A stretch of 62,926 nucleotides of DNA, counting the filler, from Platydemus manokwari (Eukaryota), in the NCBI GenBank assembly GCA_037951405.1. It is 6 parts of 6 records of this genome, joined end to end, with 100 filler letters (N's around TTAATTAATTAA, not from the genome) between each part and the next. Parts side by side here need not be neighbours in the genome. Positions count along the whole stretch, not along the records: positions 44,834 to 54,112 come from JBBMOY011272428.1; positions 54,213 to 62,926 come from JBBMOY011361427.1; 4 more parts are not named here. One strand, 5' to 3'. Under the pieces are notes generated by a model. That model ran no database searches, had not been told where the DNA came from, and worked only from the letters and a program-made list of their open reading frames with translations. The stretch's first letter is position 1, and the number at the start of each line of letters is the position of its first letter. Of the stretch, positions 50,056-62,926 are shown piece after piece. A program made the position numbers and the translations under genes.

Positions 50056-53000
50056 GAACGAAATCATTTATAGATGCTACCAGCAAATTCAAACTGACTA
50101 AAAAGAACATCGATATACACCAAACAAAAGAACAGTTTGAAAAATTTTTGAGCTTTTTTTTAATGCCTATGGATGTTTTAGATAATCTTTCTGATTACTT
50201 TTATAGTTATTTAGTAATATAAAATTACATTAAAACGACCTCCTAATGGTTTGACATGATAGCCCAAAATAATGAAACGCCATCACACAAATATCATGTT
50301 CACAAAAACCCATCAATGAAAGAATTCTTTGAATCGATTAATGAAAATTTTTTGTCTATTTAAAAATACGATAAATAATTAAATTTACGTAAGATTAAAA
50401 TCATAAAAATTTGAGTTATATAATATTTTCGTTCTGATGAATTTTCGCGCATGACATAATTTTATAACTTAATCTTATATATAACTGCTATATTTGATTT
50501 ATTCGTATAATAAATAAACTATATAGAATTTTGCAATACACTCAGCAAATTTAAAATTTCATTTTAGGACTCTTTTTTAACTTTAGCAAACCAAGAAGAT
50601 GTAATATAAAAATGTGAGCATTTTAATTGGAAGATAAATCAGTTGGGAATATATTTTAAATATTTGTTTGAAAATGGATATATAATAAAAATATATTTTC
50701 TGTTCTGTTGAAAACATGACTTTTGATTTGAATATTAAAAACGACGAAGCTTTAGCCACTAACACACATTACTTATAATCAAATAATGTTATGGAATTAT
50801 TTAATAGCCACAAGTATTTTTTTTTTCAATGAACTTCGAATGTATTGAGCATTGGCAGCTCTTTCACAAAGATGTATTATAACAGAATGAGGAAAAAAAA
50901 TAAAGGAATAACATGAACATTGTATCATTCCATTGTCAACGATTGAAACTGAAAACTGAATGATACCAGATACGAAAGTAATAAAATAAAACAAAAATTA
51001 ATTATCTTTATTATTAACAAGGTGATGCTAATAATTCTCAATTCAGCTGCGTGTCAATATGTTGTCGATGATAGCTTGTGAACATTATTTTAGGTGGGCA
51101 ATAAATTTAACTTTTAATCCATTGTAGATTTTTATTATTAAATTCCCCATGGTTCTCAATGCTGCGATCAAATATGGCCGCTTTTATTTTATCATTTTGC
51201 TTTCAAATTTATATGTTGACAGTAATTGTCTCAACGGAATACTCCTAACATGAAGTAGCTATGACAAAGCAACGTGAACCACACCTCACCAAATCATATG
51301 AAAGGTATTGAATAAGAGAGAGAGAGGGGTAACAGAATTAAACGATATATACCAATTGATACATTTCAGAATCATATCATATTCATGCCAATTATAAGAG
51401 AGAGAAAGAGAGATAGAGACACTAATGTTGGAACATTGAATTCCATTTCGATAGTTTGACATTGAATCGTAAAACTACTAATTATTTCTCAAACTCTGTG
51501 GTCATAAATTATACCAGAGTAAATGGTGTTCACAAATAAAACCTAAATGACGCATGGATGTCGGGTTGTAGGTTAAATTTATACATTTTCAATGTCTGTT
51601 GGAGATGAATGACTGCACACACATCGATATGTATATATCAACTCATCTAAATCCTTGTTTTATTGTCATCATAATATAAGTAAAACAATAACTCGAAATC
51701 ATTATACATTTGTTGGACATAAATATTGTCCCCAATTACACTTGGAAGAAAGTCTGCTCTTCTATGTTTCGATATATAAGTGAAACAAAGATTACAATAA
51801 GCATTTTATATGGATGTTCTTTTATTTCATTTTTCATTCTTCAGAATCCCAGTATCGACAATTAAAGTTTTGGTTAGCAGTCCATCATCAAGGACTGAAA
51901 TTTTATCAATGTAAATTGGGATTATTTTATTTGGTTTTGTGGTTATCGTGAGAATTGACGAAACTCATATGTTAATTCGCACACACACACACATAGACAT
52001 AGATTAAAATATTCAAGGTTATTAAACGTGAACTTTAAAGGATTAAAACAACTCAGAATTGATCAAAAGTTTATATTTCTCAAACGTTAATGTGATTTTT
52101 TAATGTTTTAAGGAATTTCAGTAAATGAAAATAATAGTTTAAGCTATCCGGATCGGTTTTAAGAAATCCTTGACAAAATATCGATTCACAATGATGGACT
52201 CATCAAACAAAACCACTGTCAATTAATCTCTTCGTCTCTTGTAAAGGTTTTGAAAATAATCGCAATGACTTCGTAATCGGTATCGTATTTTAATATTTAC
52301 TTGATCGTGTCTCGATCGTATTGGTCCATACGATTGAAACAATATCATCAATTCCAAAAATCAATCAACACGGATCGGTCATAAATTATAATGGAATCAA
52401 ATTACAAAGATATCATGTCAAATTGACAGCTGTCAACAATCGATGAAAGAAAGAAAATTAATAAGACAACACAAAAATCGAATTAATTTTCCCGATGATG
52501 TAAATGCTGAACCAATTTCACAGTTGGGATATTTTCAGAGATTTTTGAATATTCAAAGAAAAATAACAGATCGAGATAGAGAGAGAGAGAGAGAGAAAAA
52601 TGTCAACTGAATCTGAATGGGGTATATTATATATGTGAACTGTGAAATAAGGCTAGCAAACCGTCACACAGTACGGTCTGTTATCACGCAAATTATGAAT
52701 TTATATTGGCAATATGATGGATTACTAACAATGCCATTTCAGATTTCTGGGAATGGAATGCTCGGAAAATAATTGATTTTTATGTTGTCTAGTGATTTTT
52801 TGAACTTTTCAAAAATAAAAGAATTAATGAATCCAACTTTTAAATTTTGATTATTATTATTAATATTATTATTATCATTATTTCAAGTTTATAATAAAAT
52901 ATATAAGTGCAAACTTTAGGAAATCCTTGATTTGTTTTAATGAATTAAATTTATAAAAAAAATAAATTAATCAATAATTTCAAACGATATTATTTTTATG

Positions 53001-54046
53001 CACAAAATCGTGTATTTGTATTATGTGAAATATAAATAAATTAATCCTTTAGTTCTGTTATTATCGATTATTTGTAAATAGAAGAACATACGAAATCATC
53101 AAGTTGAAAATTCAAAAATTCCTTCCAAACATCGACCATTGGAAATGATAGATCAAGTAAAGTAAATAAATCAATCAATAATAATGGGTTTTCGTGAAAT
53201 TTAATTTTATTTGTCCTTCAAATCATTTGTTAATCGAATTGAAATAGATAGGCTTTACAATTAGGCGTCATTTTCAATCAATAAAGTGATACAGAGCACT
53301 ATAGATTGTGATTATATTCGAAAATCACTGCCAAATTCGAAAGTAAGGACGAGCTTATTCATATGGAAACTAATTCTAAAACACACACACACACACAAAG
53401 AATAGAGATCGTGATGAAATATGTGATGACACACAATCATTCCAGAACATGGTGAATAAATGTTTGACAAATCGATCATTTTTTTCAAACTGGGGAAAAT
53501 TATCATGGTTTAATTATGTTTTTGTGCCTTTCGATTTTTAGTTGCCATGGCAATCTTTTGAAATTCTCCAAATTTAAAAATAATCCAGGATGAAAAATAA
53601 ATCTTCCAATGCACATACAAATATAGCTTTTATTTGTCTATATGTTTATTTTATATCATCAATTATACTGGAAAAAATTTGAAAAAAAATAGAAAAAATA
53701 TCAATGAACAGGAAAAAAAGCACCAATTCTTACCAAAATGACTTTTCCAAAGCTAATGTTTGTAACAATGTTGCTAAAAAATTTATTGGTTATCTTCTAA
53801 TCATAAATAATTAATCGCCATAACTCACATGAATTCATCAACAAATTTATCGTTATATTTTCCAAATTTTTCAAATTTTATTATTTTATTTATTTAAATT
53901 TGGAAATATTGTTTTATCAAATTGAAACAACCATTTTATCAATAAATATTCAATACAATTTAATTTTATTAAGTTTCACTGAAAATCTCTTCACTAATCC
54001 ACACATAAGGTTTACATCCTTATTCTGTTCCAAATATTTTTTTAGT

Positions 54047-54061
54047 GTCTCTCTCTATCCC

Positions 54062-54112
<51 letters not shown>
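54047..54112. repeat. (CT)n microsatellite at a contig end
   Basis: A CT run ending at the linker. Confidence 0.92.
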
Positions 54113-54212
54113 NNNNNNNNNNNNNNNNNNNNNNNNNNNNNNNNNNNNNNNNNNNNTTAATTAATTAANNNNNNNNNNNNNNNNNNNNNNNNNNNNNNNN
54201 NNNNNNNNNNNN
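54113..54212. other. Artificial contig linker
   Basis: 44N-TTAATTAATTAA-44N. Confidence 0.97.
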
Positions 54213-57200
54213 GATAATTTTGACAAGGGCTGTATATACATGACAACAATACATGTATATTTAAATACAAAAATTAGTTCGATTTTAATCTTCTCTCTTA
54301 AAATCTTTGATTTTCTTTGTAAACTTAATTGGCATTGTAACGAATACTCTACATATTTATCTACGTAAAAATCTCTAATTATTCTCTTTTTATATCTTCT
54401 CTTAATCTTCTTTGCATCTAATCTGTATATTCTTTATTTATTCTCTATATAGTCTCAAAATCTTCTCCTTTTTTATAATTTACAGTCTTTGATCTTCTCA
54501 GAATCGAATCCAGATGCATGGTCACCATGTTAGCCGCTATTATTCTATAAAAGATACATCGAAAACGAACTGAAAATACACGATAATAAAAAATATATTC
54601 AAACACAATTATTTAAAGCTTGCCCATACAACAAAGTTACCATAAATAAAGTAACAAGTAAGTCCCAAAGGTAATAAATACAATTTCTCAAATATTTCAT
54701 CACTAGAATTAATTATAGCTTCTAAGTCACTCATTTCATTTCCAAATATAAATTCATTATGCAATATAATCTATAATATAATCAAATTTTAATACTTTAT
54801 CAAAAAATAATGATAGATCTTGTCAAAAGAATTTAAAACCAGTTTTGTCTAAAACGAAAGTGAGTGATTCTTACATCTTATTTTGCCATGAGCTCAGAAC
54901 TTACAGCGTTTTTCCATAATACAAGTTGATAATGCTACTGATAGTTCTAATTTCACTGCACCTCTTTCATTTTTCAAATTACGTTTATTTTCACCGTGTT
55001 ATCTCAACATTTAAACACAAGATTTAACAATTCCAAGCTTATATATAGGATTCGAAAACATAAAGATGCAATCTGTTTCATAAAAATACAAACTTTTACA
55101 CTTTTCGAAACAGATGTAACAATCTTTGGAAGTAGATATTATGTTTTATAATTATTTTGAGTCTGTCAGAAAATCCTTTGATTGTGAATATCTAACTGAA
55201 GAGTAGCGTTAGTTTATATATTTATCTAAAATCTGTTTAAGTATAATTCTTTTACACATCAATAATGTGTTTCCATGAGTTTTTTTCGCAGACATTGTAA
55301 TAATAATATAAGCGTGTAATAAAATTAAGTATAAAAATCATAAAAAGGAACATTTGGTCTGAAATTCTTTTCACTGTTTTGCTTTCTTTGAAGTTTGGTT
55401 TTACAAATTTCTGTTGTTACTTTTGTGATTAATATCGTTTATATAGAAAAATTCAATGTCTTATAAGAGATGGGCCTAAAAAAATTTTCATTTGCATACA
55501 TGAAACGTTACTTATATTCGATTTACTTTAAAATGAAGAACTTGGATGAGAGATTGAATCAAAATGGACATGACCCCATAAATAGAAAAGAAATGTTCAA
55601 AAATTTACGAAGCAAAGATTAAAGAAAATAATTTTTTTCTCCTATTTGAGAAATAGTTACAAACAAAAATTTCTTTCAACATTGAGTAACATTGAAAAAA
55701 TAGAAATGAAGATCTTCGAACCCATTTCATTCGTAAATGTTATCTTATTTTAATTAAATGATATTAATGCTATTTTTAGACTACAGCAACCCGACATTCC
55801 TTTTTTATGTGTGATTACATAATTAACCACCAATTGTTAATTTTTCAACAATCCCTCAAAAATCATAAAGAAAATCAAATATAGAATCATTAAGTAACAA
55901 TCACTAAACAATTCATATCACAAAATTCTGTGCCTTGTACTGCAAAAGAAGTCACCAGTTGTTATGGAATTTATAATAAATAGAAGTGGAAATCCTTAAT
56001 TGCTGAATTTATATTTTTATTAATTTATAAATAAGCGAATTATTTTGTTACTTTTCTGTTACAATTTCTGTTAAAATCAGTTAAAGTCAACTTAATAGAG
56101 TTCTCTTCGGCTATAGGTCAGTACAAAAACCTTATAATATTTTGGAAATTATTCGCCTCGGTCCTAACACTCTCATTAGGTGCACGGTGTGTGATAGTTC
56201 ATATGTTATTCTTTCTAATCTCAATTACTTCAAATACACTTCTTTAATTATTGTGTTACAACTCGATCCTTTATTTTAATTCTCAAATTATCAAACAGAT
56301 GACTTCCTTTAAATGGTGGAAAACTCTGAATATCAAAAATAGCCATTGCGATAAATAAATAAGTATTGAGCTATACTATATCAAACATTGTGACAAATTA
56401 AGAATGAAATCAAAACATGTTTATAAAATACATTGAAATGAAACAATAAATGTAATGATATCAATATAATGAAAACAAAATTCAAATTTTTGGGTACAAT
56501 GATAAAGTTTTCTAGCAATTCCATTAGAAGTTTCCGATACAGCACTCATTTGAATTATTGGAGTAGTGCCAGTTTGCAATACTGTTTTTAAATTATGGTG
56601 ATATAAACTGAAAAATGTCTTCTGTCTTCCATTCGGACATCAGGTAAAAAGTAGTTTCGTCGGTGGGTTTTCTAGTGGTCTCGATTTATTTTGTAATGGG
56701 AGAAGTTAACTGTTTCAGTTCGCTAATGAGGATATAAGTTATGTTAAATTAATTTTTATTCTTATCTACTTTAGTAGAATCGTGTTGGGTTGTGGATGTT
56801 AATTTTACAACTCGACATCGTGGGTTCTAATATCTCTGTAAAAATTAATGGATTTTCACACAAAAATCAACACAGCTACTTACTTTATAAGATTTCCTTT
56901 TCGATAACCATATTTTAACAAAGCTAAATCTCACTAATTCTGGTTTAAAAGAAATTGATTAGATGATAATGCCGTAAGCGCAAGACGCTGGGTTTTTTCT
57001 TATGATTTAATGATACAGATTTTATTATTTTATTTGTGGTAGGAACCTTAAGTTCTGATCCTTCTGGATGTAAGATTTTTCTTTGTTTTTCAAAAATTTA
57101 TCTTTTACCCAAAGATATTAGTGTTTTTTTCAAAAATTGATAGTATTGATTTTCAATGAATTTTTTAAATTTATAATTCGAAATTTTTAAGAGTGAAGTG

Positions 57201-60200
57201 ATGTGTACTTTGTATGGACGATCACTCACTCACTCATTTCATCATTTTCGTTGCTTTGGACCGCGATTATTATAGAATATTTTAAAATTTCCTTAATTTT
57301 ATTTGACTAATAATTTAAAAATTTAAAAATCTATTAATTAGTTTTTTTATTCTATTTTATTTTATTTAGTTAAATTATCTCTATTCTATTTAATTTAATT
57401 CTATAAATAATAGCATATTTTTTTGAATCTCTTAAAATTATTTATAAAATTATTTATTAAATAAAAACCAAATGAATTTTATTTGTGTAAATAAAACCAA
57501 AATTAATAAAAATCAGAGTCAGATTACAAATAATGTTATCAGAGTTACAACAGATACAAATATTCGGTTCAAAAAATGTCTAAATGGAACATATAATATT
57601 GGATTGTGATGGATTCGAAGATCATTATTGTTAGTTTGGGATTTGGAATTCAAAAATCGTATTAGTTGAATCAGTTGACTTCGGCCATTCATGTCATTAG
57701 TCTAATTCTTCTTGATATAATTCCTTTTCTTCTCTTCCCAGTTCTTTTTGAGACTGGCCCACCGCTGCTAAGTTTTAAGCGTGTGATTTTCATTTTTCTA
57801 TTCTTTCTTTCAGACCATGTTTCCTTGCTATGGTCTGATAATTTTCCTTATTCGTGTTGATATTTTATTGATGATAGGTACTTTTTGTCATATAATTTCA
57901 TCTCAGTTTCTTCACCATCTGAATAGAGTACCAGTCTGTCTATATTTCCACAACAATAGTAAGGAATTATCTTTCCTTTCCTAACTAATTATGAAACATA
58001 TTTGGGCTGAACTATTGTGACTACCAAATTTCTATGATTTTTGGATTTATTATTTAAAGGGATTGATTTAAATCCTTGTATTAATTGTTTTATTATTTTA
58101 ATAACGCGAACACTTCTATTTGATTATATATTATTATATAAATAAAATTATCGCCTGTAAAACTATTCCGATTTGTTATATCAATAACTTACAAAATTAA
58201 TATATTATTTCTTACGTTAATGAATATTTTTAATTTACAACGATAAATACAATTATATATAGCTGTCTTTATCGATTTTTACAGACTTATCAGTAATTGT
58301 TATTTTTCCGACTGTCAGCCCACAATCTCTGACAATTAGATCAAAGAATTTCCGAACGAAACTAGGATTACAATATATAATTACAATGAGTTTTAGGGTA
58401 AATGAGAGTATATAACATGTCTATTTTTCTATGTGATAACATGTAATATCAGATTAATGAAATAAATTTTGTCGACATTTTTTAAAAGCTGCTATTTTCC
58501 TAATTGTTATTGATTTATGATTATTTATTATAAACAATTTTTTAATTCCCCTCAATTACTATTTTTATTTATTATGATTGAGCATCATTCAATTTTATTC
58601 TATTTTTTTTATTCATAAGCATGATTCGTTATGTAATTGTTGTCAATTCTGATTTTATCAATTATTAATTGATTAATTAATTATTTTAATCAATGAAATT
58701 CTTATATAGCATTAATAATTTAAAACCTTTTCTACTAAATTCATGTGACGTCAAGATTAAACCAAGATAAAGATATTATATGATATCATGATTGTCAATG
58801 TAATTTCAGTACTTTCCAAACTATAACAGTATTAAAAAGAACCTTTGGATATTCGAAAATAAATATTTAAATTATTTTCGATATGATTTTCTCATTTCCA
58901 TCAAAAATTTCAGGACTCAAATTTTCTCTACTAATTGTTCATTGTGTGGTATTTTCAAGAAAGATTCAATTGTGCCTAGTTTGCTAATCGATAAATGTAA
59001 ACAGATATAAATTATTATGTAACAAATCAAAGATCATTTACTCGTATTTGTTGAAACGTTTTAATAATAAATAGAAAATCTGATTCCATGTTGGATTTCT
59101 TTCATGTACAAATTCTGCATGTAAATGCGAAAAACAAGATCCATAATTATTCTGTGCATGTCAAAAATACACTTGACACGCATACAGTTTAAAAATTAAT
59201 TCTTCGTCGATAGTCAGGAATTATAATTAAAGAATAAAACATTTTTAACAATCCCGTAGTCATTTTTCCGGAATAAACCTTATCTATGGAATAATTTCTG
59301 TTTTAAACAAGTTTTTTAACCAATTTTAAATTCATATTTTTTAACAAAATCATTTTGAAAACTTATTCTGTTTTCGAAATTTGACGAAACAACAATGACA
59401 CCAATTTATCAAAACGATTTTATGAATTATTTTATCTCATCTCGGTATGAATATAAATTGAATATAAAATTAATTAAATGGAAATTCAAATTGCTTTCAT
59501 TGATTAATCGATTATAAAATTCAAATTAATTCATTCTTTAAATAAAAGGGGAAATTTAATAGAAGTGATTTTAGTAGCATATCATTTGACATGATGTAAA
59601 AACTGACGAAAATATTAATGTGATCTTAAAAAGCAATGAAATACATTTGTTCAGTTCAATGAAAGTTATAATTCTCTCATTTTATCATGAGTTTCTACAG
59701 CATTTTTCAAAAATCAGGACACTCCAAACCTATTTATCAGTATGATCCCGTTAGATTTGAGAGTCCCATTTTGAGAAAAATGATATGACGACAGATTTAT
59801 TTGTAACTGAAACCATTTAGGTATTGCATATTAACGAAATGAATAAAAAAAGATGAAGACAAACACTACTTTCAAATATAAATGATTATATATTTAATTT
59901 TATAATCATTAAATAATTATTTACACCAGTGATATCATTCATTGTCTATATCACCTTTAAATAAACTAATAATCGTTTTCCATCTCAATAGATTCTGGTG
60001 ATCATTGCTTGATATAAAAATGGATTCATTTTAATGTTGATCTCTAAATATCCAATTATTTCTTGAAACATTGTGTTGTTGATTTATTAAAACAATGATT
60101 TTTGCGGGAAAATTAACAATAATTTGATTATAATTTTAATGAATAATAGACAAATAAAATCATGATCAAATCACAAAGAAAACATTAATTAATAGTTTAT

Positions 60201-60242
60201 TATTACGATAAAAAGAGATTTACAGATGTAATGAACAATCAA

Positions 60243-60896
60243 TCAAAGTAACAAATCATTAATATATTTGTCAAATCCGTGTTCTTTGTATACAGCTTTC
60301 TTTTTGCTGGTTTTCATGCCACTTAAAGATTCATCTTCACTTTGGCTGCTCACGGATAATGGGCTCGATGGCCCGCTGGAAGTAACAGAATTGTGAGAAC
60401 TGTCTCCATGGGTTGTGGAAATGTACAGATTGTCTTGATTTTGTTGCGATTCAGCACCGCTTGAATTATTGTCTTCTTCTTCCGTTAAACTTCTGTTGCT
60501 CTCGCGACGAGCACGTTTTATTGTGTTTCTGATGTCTTCGATATTATAGCCTGACAAAGCATCTTTATCGAGAACATCATCATCCAAGGGCATAGGAGAT
60601 ATGAGCTTTCTCTTTGGGGGATATTTCGTTACTTCTCGTCTCCTATTTCGGGAAAAAAGAGAAATAATTTGTTGGGAAAAAGTTTTCTGTTACCTATGGT
60701 GATGATTTAGCTTATCTGAACAATCGGAACACAGACGAACTTTGACCAAAACCGTTCGCTTTTCATTATTTTCCACATAATTGAATTTAACTTCCCAACT
60801 TCGCAAATCTCCTCGTTCCTCACAATTGTAATCTCCACAAATAAATTGCCCCTTTCCAGCAACTACTTCCTTTTCTAAACGCCATCTCATACCGAA
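60243..60896 (-). CDS. FRA10AC1: FRA10AC1 homolog (spliceosome-associated protein), last two exons
   Basis: Exon 60896-60694 encodes FGMRWRLEKEVVAGKGQFICG..C..LRSWEVKFNYVE..LVKVRLCSDCSDKLN. It is followed by a 51-nt GT-AG intron and exon 60642-60243, which ends FDKYINDLLL*. These match the conserved core and C-terminal motif of FRA10AC1 as recalled. Upstream exons were not identified. Confidence 0.92.
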
Positions 60897-61573
60897 CTAT
60901 ATGTGAATGATAAATTATAAGTGGATTCAGTGGTCAAATGATTTATGTAAAAGCTCATCCATAATTTTACTAACGATTCGTATTGAAGTGTAAGATCAAA
61001 GATTATGTTAAATAAATAAAACAAATGATATCATTTTCGTAATCAGTATATTTTAGTAATATTTCTTTCTCATTTTCATGAACTTTATTCGAATTGAAAT
61101 CGTTTCTGCTGGAATCTCTTAGAATTATAAAAATGAAATTGACCAGGTTAATGTTAAATCTTATAACATCAATATATGATATGATATTTCCATCTTCATA
61201 CATGGTTATAAATTGATCAAATCAATGCTTTCGTTCATTGACATATATAAAAGTACAACTGAAAATCTCAACAAATCAATAATCAACAGACGTGGAACCA
61301 ACCAACAAAATAAGAAAATAGCGAATAATTTAATTTCAGACACGTGGCTATCCGTAATAGAGAAACAGTTGTTATCTGGTTGTGTATTTTGAAAAATAAA
61401 CAAGAATGAAATAAAATGATAATTTGATTGCATAATTTGATTGAGATTATTTGTTGGTCAAGACGGCTTACGTAATCTATTTTCGGATTATGAAAGAAGA
61501 GTTTTTAATTATTCAATACCAAATAGAACATCATTAAAAATGAAAAAAAATAATTACCGACAAAATAAATCTT

Positions 61574-61816
61574 TTAACCATTTCAATACGACTTTTGGCA
61601 AGTGAAAATATTTTTGTATATCTGAACTATATGTGCTGAAAAAATAAATAAAGGAGCATATTTACATAATTTCAGATTTTTAGAAAATATGGTTTTTTGA
61701 AAAAATGCCTTTGGACACATATGTCCCTGCAGTAGTTTAATGCGAATATTTTTCGCATCAGTAATTTTTGAACATTCTCTTGGACTTATATATCCCCGCA
61801 GTATTGAAAGGGTTAA
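61574..61816. mobile_element. piggyBac-type MITE (~235 bp) flanked by TTAA
   Basis: The left end TTAA-CCATTTCAATAC and right end GTATTGAAAGGG-TTAA are inverted repeats with one mismatch. A subterminal direct repeat TTGGACwyATATrTCCCyGCAGTA occurs near 61711 and 61781. Confidence 0.8.
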
Positions 61817-62194
61817 TGGAATATTTGAGTTTCAAAAATATTATTGTTTTATTATTGGTGCTTAATAATACAGAAATACGATGCACGCTGTTGGAGACAT
61901 AAAAATAAAAATGATTTTATTAAAATAGATTCGGACGCCAGTTGTTTGAATCCATTGTTGAGGATTATATTTATGATAATGTATTAATAATAATGATTAT
62001 ATATAATGAAGTTTTCGTAATGATAATTATTGTTTTATAAATAAAATTACATTTTTCAAAGAAAAACCATTCCAAATGATTTCTTTATTTAAGAACTCTA
62101 AAATTAATTCGCTTACTCAATTCAGAAATTGTATTTTAAGGATATATATTGTAAAAATATAATGCTCAACAGTGGAATATATAATAAATTCTAG

Positions 62195-62830
62195 TGGATC
62201 AAATATTTAGATAGGTCACAAATCACAACAGAAAGTCCAAAAACAAAGCCCAAATTATTGATCAAACAATAAATAATCGATCGAATGAGCAACAATAGTA
62301 ACAGTAAAGAATTATTTGTTAACACTTCAAACAATATCCAAAAATAAATTAATAATAATGAAAATCACAATCAGAATAGAAATCAAATATATTCCACTGG
62401 AGAGAATTATATTTCCAATATATTTTCGTCAAATATTATTTATATTTTCTTGAGCAAGAAAATTAATTTGCCAATTTATCTAGAGTTTTAAATATAGAAA
62501 GTATTTGAAACAGTTTCTTATAAAAAATATAAATTTATTTATAAAATTATTATTATTATTCCATAAGGATCATTATATATAAATTATATTTGATCAAATA
62601 TTTAAATGGAATATTAAAAATTCCAACGGACAAAACAAAACCCAAATTATTGATCAAAGAATAAATAATTGCTCATATGAACAATGTTAGCAACGGTCAA
62701 GAATTGTTTTTGTTAACACTTTAATGTCAACTTCAGTCAGTGTCATCATTTCAAACAATATTCTATAGCTATAATATTATTATTAAGAAATAATAATCAG
62801 TAATATTTCACGATGAATATAGAAATGTCA
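62195..62830 (+). repeat. Diverged tandem duplication, period ~395 bp
   Basis: GATCAAATATTTA..., CCCAAATTATTGATCAAAsAATAAATAAT... and TTTGTTAACACTT occur at ~62197-62330 and ~62592-62722. Confidence 0.8.
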
Positions 62831-62926
62831 AAAATCATAAAATGTTATTAAAATATGAATTAATATGAATTAATAACTAGAGGTTAAAAATATATTAAAC
62901 AAGTATCTGATAATAATAATACTAAT

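Noticed and set aside
56150-57280. MITE-like end (TTCGCCTCGGTCC...) and Helitron-like (CACT)n tract
   Set aside because: No matching opposite termini were found, and the sequence is too degenerate to call.
1-62926. tRNA, rRNA, snRNA, spliced-leader RNA genes or CRISPR arrays
   Set aside because: None was recognisable by eye and there is no regular repeat-spacer structure. An Infernal or tRNAscan run would be needed to exclude small RNAs.

Overview
This is very AT-rich eukaryotic (metazoan) genomic DNA, not prokaryotic. The short GT-AG introns (43-65 nt), AAT microsatellites and gene content suggest a flatworm such as a planarian, but that assignment is inference. The window is not one continuous locus. 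Five identical 100-nt artificial linkers (44N-TTAATTAATTAA-44N) divide it into six segments of about 9-12 kb, and there is one further 250-N gap. Recognisable genes: a complete 7-exon TYW5 (JmjC tRNA-wybutosine hydroxylase), the last 5 exons of IFT80, two exons of a Notch receptor (about EGF21-26), the last 2 exons of FRA10AC1, and an intronless C3HC4 RING-finger ORF. The remainder is mostly decayed Ty3/gypsy and LINE retroelements, MITEs, repeats and intronic or intergenic DNA. The most notable observations are an ~19-aa insertion inside Notch EGF23, a hidden multi-exon candidate gene or pseudogene for a single-pass membrane glycoprotein, a compact short-LTR gypsy element with related tandem LTR-PBS-gag copies, and candidate RFX/TALE/CSL regulatory motifs. 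I found no convincing wholly new multi-gene system. All homology calls come from recalled family motifs, not database searches.
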